A DNA stretch of 16,925 nt from a bacterium (GTDB lineage Bacteria > Sysuimicrobiota > Sysuimicrobiia > Sysuimicrobiales > Humicultoraceae): positions 1 through 16,925 of the forward strand of contig JBGQGY010000085.1 of the NCBI GenBank assembly GCA_041497675.1, read 5' to 3'. The notes beneath the pieces are model-generated. The model worked only from the letters and a program-made list of their open reading frames with translations, did not search any database and was not told the DNA's origin. The first letter of the stretch is position 1. The number at the start of each line of letters is the position of its first letter. Made by a program: the position numbers and the translations under genes. Of this stretch, positions 1 to 6,361 are shown piece after piece.

Positions 1-455
1 GTCCAGCTGACGAGACCGAGCGCGAGAAACACATTGTAGAGGCTCGGGCCGATGACAGCCATGATGGCAATGGCGAACAGCAGTCCCGGAAACGCAAAGA
101 CGACTTCGGTAAGCCGCATGATCAGTTGATCGACGCGGCCGCCGAAGAACCCCGCCAGGAGCCCCAGCGTGACGCCAATCGCCACGGCGGACGCCTGCAC
201 CGCGATCCCCACCCCAAGCGAAATACGCGCGCCGTAGATCATGCGGCTGAAGACGTCACGCCCAAACGTGTCGGTACCGAGCAGAAAGGGCGCGCCGGGT
301 GGGCGAAGATAGTTGTTCAGATCGGCGTCGCGCACCGGGTCGAACGGGGCGATCACCGGCGCCAGCGCCGCGGCCAGCACCAGCACGCCGACGAGCACGC
401 CCCCGATCGCCAGGTTGCGCAGACGGCGGGCGCGACGCCACAGCGAGGGGTTCAC
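1..455 (-). CDS. dppC: Peptide/nickel ABC transporter permease, DppC/OppC family (3' part runs off the window)
   Basis: Not in the ORF track. Manual translation from GTG at 455, which overlaps the upstream permease stop (GTGA), gives MNPSLWRRARRLRNLAIGGVLVGVLVLAAALAPVIAPFDP...FLLGTDTFGRDVFSRMIYGARISLGVG. LGTDxxGRD and YGARISL are DppC signatures. Confidence 0.93.
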   Translation of the reverse strand, partial: MNPSLWRRARRLRNLAIGGVLVGVLVLAAALAPVIAPFDPVRDADLNNYLRPPGAPFLLGTDTFGRDVFSRMIYGARISLGVGIAVQASAVAIGVTLGLLAGFFGGRVDQLIMRLTEVVFAFPGLLFAIAIMAVIGPSLYNVFLALGLVSW

Positions 456-1399
456 GCGTACCGGATCCTCGGGTCGAGCCACGCGTATGACAGATCCACG
501 AGCAGATTGAGCAGGATAAAGACGCTCGCGATAAACAACACGCAGCCCTGGACCATCGGCAGATCGCGCACACCGATGGAGTCAACCAGCAGCCGGCCGG
601 CGCCGGGCCACGAGAACACGCGCTCGGTGATGACGGCGCCGCTCAACAGCGCACTCATCTGGACGCCTACGATGGTCACGATCGGTATGGCCGCGTTGCG
701 CAAGGCGTGGACCAGAATCACACGGCGTTCGGACAACCCCTTGGCCCGGCCCGTCCGGATGTAGTCCTGCCGGATCACTTCGAGCATCGACGACCTCGTC
801 AGCCGCGCCACGACCGCCGCCAACCCCACGCCGAGCGTGAGGGCCGGCATGAGCAGATACGGGATGGCCGGCCCGTATCCCGACGGCGGCAGCCACCGCA
901 GCTTCACCGCGAGCGTGTAGATCAGCAGGATGCCCAACCAGAAGTTGGGGATCGACACGCCGATCGTGGCGACCACGATACTGGCTGAGTCGAGCACCGT
1001 GTTCTGCCGGAGCGCGGCGACCACGCCCAGCGGGATCCCGATGAGAACGGCAAGCCCCAACGCGGCGCCGGCCAGCGCGGCCGTGGCCGGCACGCGCTCG
1101 AGGATCGAGGGCAGAACGTCCTGGTCGGTGCGGTACGAGATGCCCAGGTCGCCGCGTGCCGCGTTGCTCAGAAACTTTAGGTATTGGACGGGGACCGGTG
1201 CATCGAGCCCCCACCTGGCGCGGAAGCGCTGGGCGGCCGCCGGATCGACCGCGGCCATCTTCTCTTCCATCAGGAGCGCCACGGGATCGCCGGGGACGAT
1301 CTGCATGAGCACAAACGTGACCATCGTCACGCCGACAAAGACCGGCACCGCGAGCAGGATCCGGCGGAGGACAAACCGTGCGAGGCCCGCCACCGCCAT
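452..1399 (-). CDS. dppB: Peptide/nickel ABC transporter permease, DppB/OppB family
   Basis: 315 aa with N-terminal PGDP, GLDxPxxxQY, GDLGxS, the EAA-like loop DYIRTGRAKGLSERRVILVHALRNA and C-terminal DPRIRY. Confidence 0.95.
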   Translation of the reverse strand: MAVAGLARFVLRRILLAVPVFVGVTMVTFVLMQIVPGDPVALLMEEKMAAVDPAAAQRFRARWGLDAPVPVQYLKFLSNAARGDLGISYRTDQDVLPSILERVPATAALAGAALGLAVLIGIPLGVVAALRQNTVLDSASIVVATIGVSIPNFWLGILLIYTLAVKLRWLPPSGYGPAIPYLLMPALTLGVGLAAVVARLTRSSMLEVIRQDYIRTGRAKGLSERRVILVHALRNAAIPIVTIVGVQMSALLSGAVITERVFSWPGAGRLLVDSIGVRDLPMVQGCVLFIASVFILLNLLVDLSYAWLDPRIRYA

Positions 1400-1407
1400 C
1401 GACAGTG

Positions 1408-2946
1408 TCAGCGCCCCGGCCGGATCCAGACCTTCTGCATGGGCTGAAAGTCTATCTCGATTGGGTTGCCCACTAGACCAACGACGTTGCGTTGATGCAC
1501 CAGCACGGCCTTGTTGTAGTTGAAGAAGAACCAGGGGGCGTCGGCGACGATGAGATTCTCAGCGTCCCGGCAGAGCTTCACCTGCCCGCGCGGGTCGAAC
1601 GTCCGCTCGGCTTCATCAATAAGCGCATCGACCCTGTCGTTCTTGTAGCGCATCCGGTTGCCGGCGGGCCCCACGTTGCGCCGGCGGAACGGCCCGAGGT
1701 AGTCGACACAGTTCGGGCCGCCGCCGTGCGACAGCACCCAGGCCGGGATCTCCCCTTTGCCGGCGCGGTCGAGCATCACGCCAAAGTCCTCCTGCACGAT
1801 GCGGGCGCGGATGCCGACGGCGGCCAGGTAGCGCTGAAATCCCTCCAGCCACCGCCCGGTCACCGAGTTGGCCGCCCCGTGCAGTTCGAGATCAAATCCG
1901 CCTTCCCGGCCGGCCTGCGCCAGCAAGACCTTCGCCCGCGCCGGATCGTACTCATACCCTTTCAAGGTGGGATTGTAGGCCGCGTGGCTCGGCGGGAAGA
2001 CCCCGGTCGCCACGAAGGCCTTGTTTTGCAAGATGGTGCGCACCATCGCCGCCTTGTCGATCGCCAGATTGATCGCCTGCCGCACGCGGACGTCGTCGAG
2101 CGGCGGCCTTGTCACGTTCAGCCCGACGTGGCGTGTGAACAACTCGGGCACCTCGATGATGCTCGACTTCCACGCGGGATCGTCCGCATACCGCCGGTAG
2201 GTGACGTCGGTCAGGATCATGTACTCGAGGCGGCCGGTGTCAAATTCCGCCTGCGCCGTCGCCGGGTCGGGGATGATTCGAAACGTCAACGTGCTGAGAT
2301 ACGGGCGGCCTTCCCAGTACTCCGCGTTCGCCCGCAGGACGATGACATCGTCTCGGCTCCACGACTCGAAGATAAATGGGCCCGAGCCGACGGGGTGCTG
2401 CCCAAACGCCCGGCCCAACCTCGTCACGTCTTCTCGTGGCACGATGAAGAGGCTCGTGAACGCCAGGGGAAACGTAGCGTTGACAACACTGTTTGTCACC
2501 GACAGGCGGTAGCGGTCGAGGATCTTGATCTCCGCGATGCGGTCGAAGGCACGCGCAAATGGCGAGGCGGTCTCCGGCGCCAGCAGGCGCTCGAGCGTAT
2601 ATTTGACATCCCCGGCCACCACCTCGCGCCCGTTGTGAAACCGCACGCCCCGCCGCAGGCGAAAGGTGATGGTTCGGTGATCCTCGCTGATGGTCCACGC
2701 GTCGGCAAGACCCGGTTCCAATTGCAACGTCTTGGGATTGGTGCGCAGCAACGAGTCGAACAGGTTCATCTTGACGGAGATGGCGCGGACGGTCGGCGCC
2801 TGTGCCGGGTCGAGGCTCGCCGGGTCGCCGTCGAGCTGGCGGCGAAACCGACCGCCCGACACCGGACTCTGGGCAGCGATCGGCGCGAGGCTCCCCACCT
2901 GCACGAGGATCAGCACCACAGCCGCCGCCAGCATTACCCGATACAT
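1408..2946 (-). CDS. ABC transporter substrate-binding protein, family 5 (DppA/OppA-like)
   Basis: Start reassigned from 3522 to ATG 2946, which has GAGG upstream and is followed by a Sec signal MYRVMLAAAVVLILVQVGSLAPIAAQ with no lipobox Cys. Family-5 motifs: SLDP, PGLADAWTISED, FRLRRGVRFHNG, PVGSGPF, DVRVRQAINLAID. About 512 aa. Confidence 0.93.
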   Translation of the reverse strand: MYRVMLAAAVVLILVQVGSLAPIAAQSPVSGGRFRRQLDGDPASLDPAQAPTVRAISVKMNLFDSLLRTNPKTLQLEPGLADAWTISEDHRTITFRLRRGVRFHNGREVVAGDVKYTLERLLAPETASPFARAFDRIAEIKILDRYRLSVTNSVVNATFPLAFTSLFIVPREDVTRLGRAFGQHPVGSGPFIFESWSRDDVIVLRANAEYWEGRPYLSTLTFRIIPDPATAQAEFDTGRLEYMILTDVTYRRYADDPAWKSSIIEVPELFTRHVGLNVTRPPLDDVRVRQAINLAIDKAAMVRTILQNKAFVATGVFPPSHAAYNPTLKGYEYDPARAKVLLAQAGREGGFDLELHGAANSVTGRWLEGFQRYLAAVGIRARIVQEDFGVMLDRAGKGEIPAWVLSHGGGPNCVDYLGPFRRRNVGPAGNRMRYKNDRVDALIDEAERTFDPRGQVKLCRDAENLIVADAPWFFFNYNKAVLVHQRNVVGLVGNPIEIDFQPMQKVWIRPGR

Positions 2947-3078
2947 CACAGACCTCACTGCGAGGTTCTTGCCGCGGTGAGAACACCCCTCCCGCGTCAA
3001 TTCGACAGGAGCCTCTTTGCCTGCCGTGGAAGCCGCGCGTAGGCCGGCCGCCCGAACACCCACGCCCGGAGGTGAAGT

Positions 3079-4749
3079 GTGATCGATCTGAACGAGGTCT
3101 CGCAGGACAAGCTGATGGAGTTCACCCGCACCATCGCGCAGTGGACCAGGCTCTCCGGCAGCGCGGAGGAGCGCGCCGCCGCCGAGTACGTGGCGGGGGA
3201 ACTGCGGACGATGGGGTACGACGTCCGCATCCTGGAACACGACGCCTACATCAGCCTGCCGGGGAAGACCTCGCTGCGCATCACGGCGCCGCAGACCCGC
3301 GACGTGCGCTGCATCACGCACTCCATGGGCAGACCCACCGGCCCGCAAGGTGTCACGGCCGAACTCGTCTACGCCGGCCGCGGCGAACTCGACGATTACG
3401 CCCGCAGCGGCGCGGCGGGCAAGTTTGCGCTCGTCGAAGGGCGCGCGACCCCCCAGCACGCGGTCAACGCCACGCGGGGCGGCGCCTTGGGTCTCGTCTG
3501 TATCAGCGGCCGCGTCGCGCACGAGATGTGCTGCTCACCCGTCTGGGGCAACCCGTCTGCCGCTACGGTCGCCACGCTGCCCGCCGTGCATCTCATTTCG
3601 GTGGACAAAGCCGACGGCGAGTCGCTGCGAGACCTCTGTCGCCAAGGGCGGGTCGAGATTCGGGCGACCGCCGAGGTACAGACGGGGTGGACGACAACGC
3701 CCATTGTCCAGGCCGATCTGGCGCCGGGGCATCCCGCTGCCGAGCAGACCTTCGTGCTCTTCTCCGGCCACCTCGACTCGTGGTATCTGGGCGCGATGGA
3801 CAACGGCAGCGCGAACGCCGCGATGCTCGAGGTCGCGCGGTTGGCGGCGCATCATCGAACCGCGCTGCGGCGCGGCCTCCGCGTCGTCATGTGGTCGGGA
3901 CACTCGCACGGCCGGTACTCATCGTCGGCATGGTACGCCGACACCTTCTTCGTGGAACTGGACGAGCGGTGCGTGGCGCACGTCAACACGGACGCGCTGG
4001 GCGGCGTCGGCGCGGATCAGTTTGGCACCAACTCGATGCCCGAGACGGCGGCGCTGGCGATTGATGCGACGCGTCGTGTCGCGCAGGCGCCGATGGACGC
4101 GCACCGCGTCGGTCGGAACTCAGACCAGTCGTTTCACGGCGTCGGCATCCCGTGCATTCTCGGCGTGGTCTCAAAACAGGCAGACGGCGGCACCGGATGG
4201 TGGTGGCACACGCCGCATGACACGATGGACAAGATCGATCCCGCCCGGCTGACCAGAGACGCCAGGATCTTCGCAGACGTGGTCGGGCGATTGGTGACCG
4301 AGGACGTGCTGCCGCTCGACTATGCGGCGAGTGCGGCCGACATCCGGCAGAATCTCGACTCGCTCGCGCAGGCGGCGGGCGGGCGCTTCGACCTGACGCC
4401 GGCCATCAGCGAAGCGGCACGGCTCGAATCCTTGTGCCGGCGGCTGAGCGATGCGGCCCGCACGGCCGGCGTGCGCGCGCCACACATCAACGAGTGCCTG
4501 CGACAGCTGGGGCGCATCTTGATACCGGTGACCTACACTCGCGCAGGCCCCCACGCGCACGACCCCGCCCTCGAGGTGCCGTTCCTGCCGAAGCTCCAGC
4601 CTGTGCGCCAGTTAACCGCCTTGTCGAAGGGGAGCGATGGCGAGAAGTTCCTGTTGGTGGACTTGATCCGGGCACGCAGCGAAGTGACGAGCGCCCTCCG
4701 CCGTGCGTGCGCGGTCGTTGAAGCGTGCCTGGCCTCGGTGCAGACCTGA
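3079..4749 (+). CDS. M28-family metallo-hydrolase with PA domain, predicted cytoplasmic, non-canonical active site
   Basis: GGAGG precedes the GTG start. RLSGSAEE motif, PA-like segment (AELVYAGRG...GKFALVEG), ligand motifs SGHLDSW, GAMDNGSA, HVNTD and WHTPHDTMDKID. No signal peptide. Confidence 0.88.
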   Translation: MIDLNEVSQDKLMEFTRTIAQWTRLSGSAEERAAAEYVAGELRTMGYDVRILEHDAYISLPGKTSLRITAPQTRDVRCITHSMGRPTGPQGVTAELVYAGRGELDDYARSGAAGKFALVEGRATPQHAVNATRGGALGLVCISGRVAHEMCCSPVWGNPSAATVATLPAVHLISVDKADGESLRDLCRQGRVEIRATAEVQTGWTTTPIVQADLAPGHPAAEQTFVLFSGHLDSWYLGAMDNGSANAAMLEVARLAAHHRTALRRGLRVVMWSGHSHGRYSSSAWYADTFFVELDERCVAHVNTDALGGVGADQFGTNSMPETAALAIDATRRVAQAPMDAHRVGRNSDQSFHGVGIPCILGVVSKQADGGTGWWWHTPHDTMDKIDPARLTRDARIFADVVGRLVTEDVLPLDYAASAADIRQNLDSLAQAAGGRFDLTPAISEAARLESLCRRLSDAARTAGVRAPHINECLRQLGRILIPVTYTRAGPHAHDPALEVPFLPKLQPVRQLTALSKGSDGEKFLLVDLIRARSEVTSALRRACAVVEACLASVQT

Positions 4750-4810
4750 CGGCTGTCCGTACGCCCTGAAAAGTCACAATGACGCAAGCGATAACTGTGT
4801 AGTATGAGGC

Positions 4811-4839
4811 TTGCCGAACGATGTATGACAATGTAGGAT
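4811..4839 (+). promoter_or_regulatory. Sigma70-type promoter of the toxin-antitoxin operon
   Basis: TTGCCG (4811-4816), 17-bp spacer, TAGGAT (4834-4839), in an AT-rich intergenic stretch 16 bp upstream of the antitoxin ATG. Confidence 0.7.
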
Positions 4840-4840
4840 A
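4821..4840 (+). repeat. Tandem 10-bp imperfect direct repeat, candidate antitoxin operator
   Basis: ATGTATGACA followed by ATGTAGGATA (8/10 identical), overlapping the spacer and the -10 element. Confidence 0.5.
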
Positions 4841-4855
4841 TTTCTTGGTGACGCC

Positions 4856-5083
4856 ATGATGAAACGAACAGTATACCTCCCGGATCGAATCGCGTCGGTC
4901 GTCGAGCACTACTTGCGTGCTCACCCAGGGGCGACGTTCTCTGCATTGGTCCAGAGGGCCTTGCGAGAGCATCTTCAGCGGCCCCGTGCTGATCGAATCC
5001 TCGCGCTGGCCGGGTTGGTGAAGAAGAGAATCGGCAACGCCCGAAGTCGCGCCGAGGACGAAGTCATTGCGAAAGAACGGTGA
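4856..5083 (+). CDS. Putative type II antitoxin, ribbon-helix-helix (CopG/VapB-like)
   Basis: 75 aa. N-terminal beta-strand MKRTVYLPD followed by two helices (FSALVQRALREHL) is typical of RHH proteins; the gene overlaps a downstream PIN-domain gene. Confidence 0.8.
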   Translation: MMKRTVYLPDRIASVVEHYLRAHPGATFSALVQRALREHLQRPRADRILALAGLVKKRIGNARSRAEDEVIAKER

Positions 5084-5498
5084 GAGTCCGGCCGCCGTGG
5101 TCTTGGATGCCGGGCCCCTCATCGCGCTGGTTCATGCGGCGGACCAAGATCACGCCACCTCGGTGGCAGGCTTCCGGCAACTCGCTGCTTCTGGCGCGCG
5201 CTTGATTGCGCCGCTGCCGATCGTCTTCGAAGTCTACAAGTGGGTGCTCTACAATGGGGGGAGCAGAGCCGCGGGGCGGGCTTTGAGCACGCTCGTGGAA
5301 GCCACCGAGGTCGTGTACCCGAGCCCCGAGGAGTTTGGCGGCGTGCGGGAACTCGTCGCCGCACTTCCTGACTGGCAGGGCACCCTGGAAGACGCGCTGG
5401 TAGCGCTCATCGCGCTGCAACTCCACGTGCCCCTGTGGACCTTGAACTACCGTGACCTGAGCGCCTTTCCGCGGTTGTCGTTCTGGACTCCGAATTGA
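5067..5498 (+). CDS. vapC: PIN-domain (VapC-like) ribonuclease toxin
   Basis: VVLDAGPLIAL, DxxH, PIVFEVY, TLEDAL and LWTLNYRD match the PIN acidic active-site pattern. TTG start with GAGGA 8 nt upstream; alternative GTG at 5097. Confidence 0.85.
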   Translation: MRKNGESPAAVVLDAGPLIALVHAADQDHATSVAGFRQLAASGARLIAPLPIVFEVYKWVLYNGGSRAAGRALSTLVEATEVVYPSPEEFGGVRELVAALPDWQGTLEDALVALIALQLHVPLWTLNYRDLSAFPRLSFWTPN

Positions 5499-5986
5499 GG
5501 CGCGTCGTGAAGGGCAAGCCGACCGGGCGCATGCCCATCCAGTCACGCCTGGCAGACTTCTCGCCTGCACGCCTCCGAAGGATACTGGCCGATCTCCCGC
5601 CTGCCAAGGGCTATCGCCTGGACGTCAAGCCCCTGCGGTACCGCAGCGGCCCGCACCTTCAGGCCCTGTGCGACTATGAAGCGCGCGCTCTCACCGTACA
5701 AGTTCCCGAACCGTTCCGGCCCTTCAGACAGCGCATCCCCTACCGGGCCCAACGCATCAAGTCACGCGCGGCGCGCGGTGACCGGTTTGCGTTTCGGTGG
5801 TTTTACCGCGACATCGTGTTCCGCACCAAGACCGAAGTCATTCGCTTCCTGTATTGTCACGAGTTCTATCATTACTACCTCCACGAGGTGCTCGGGAAGA
5901 AGGGCTCGGCCGAGACGGCGTGCGACCGGTTCGCCCTCCGGTACTTCCGTAAACGCCCATCGAGCAACCACATTACAATGCCCTGA
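5495..5986 (+). CDS. Hypothetical zinc metallopeptidase (HExxH, resembling ImmA/IrrE)
   Basis: HEFYH at 5858-5872 followed by AETACDRFA, resembling the ExxAxxFA helix of ImmA/IrrE (COG2856). TTG start overlaps the toxin stop (TTGA); alternative starts are GTG 5507 and ATG 5531. Very Arg/Lys-rich. Confidence 0.65.
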   Translation: MRRVVKGKPTGRMPIQSRLADFSPARLRRILADLPPAKGYRLDVKPLRYRSGPHLQALCDYEARALTVQVPEPFRPFRQRIPYRAQRIKSRAARGDRFAFRWFYRDIVFRTKTEVIRFLYCHEFYHYYLHEVLGKKGSAETACDRFALRYFRKRPSSNHITMP

Positions 5987-6094
5987 AACCTTCTCTAGAA
6001 CAGGACTAAACTCTGCCCCAATTCGGCATATACATGGTGCATCCCATCCCCGCCGGAGGCTTTCCCGCCACCGCGACGCGAAGGAGTGAGCCGA

Positions 6095-6361
6095 ATGGCA
6101 AAGAGGATTCACCTGCATGTCAAGGTCCGTGATGCGATGGGCAACGTCACCGTGTACGACACGGCCGGGCTCGTCGATGAGCCCCCGGTGATCCATGAAG
6201 TCGTCTTCGATCCGCCCATGGTCCCGTCCGGTGGTTCCACACGGCTGACGATCCGCGCACACGATCCGGAAGACGAAGCGTTGACCTACGAAGTCCATGC
6301 GAGCGAGGGCGTCATCGAGCCGACAGATCAACCGAACGTGTTCATCTGGCGCGCCGCCTAG
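6095..6361 (+). CDS. Small Ig/cadherin-like beta-sandwich protein, apparently circularly permuted
   Basis: AAGGAG lies 8 nt before ATG 6095; 88 aa. PPVI...P..V..G...LTIRAHDPEDEALTYE..ASEGVI.....VFIWRA matches strands A-E of bacterial Ig/cadherin-like repeats. N-terminal IHLHVKVRDAMGN resembles the F-G hairpin. No signal peptide. Confidence 0.75.
   Translation: MAKRIHLHVKVRDAMGNVTVYDTAGLVDEPPVIHEVVFDPPMVPSGGSTRLTIRAHDPEDEALTYEVHASEGVIEPTDQPNVFIWRAA

Noticed and set aside
1492..3042. 516-aa plus-strand ORF, and similar antisense or alternate-frame ORFs such as 2802-4064, 5762-6742 and 14484-15485
   Set aside because: They overlap well-supported genes and show low-information Arg/Ala/Pro-rich or antisense-type composition.
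2947..3522. N-terminal extension of the 704-aa binding-protein ORF
   Set aside because: It overlaps the M28 gene on the opposite strand; the signal peptide and RBS place the start at 2946.
6007..6033. Sigma28-like promoter (TAAA-N15-GCATATAC) upstream of the small Ig gene
   Set aside because: The -10 element is a poor match to GCCGATAA.
4750..6090. TA region as a mobile element or island
   Set aside because: No transposase, integrase, tRNA or flanking direct or inverted repeats are seen; only the intergenic stretches are AT-richer.
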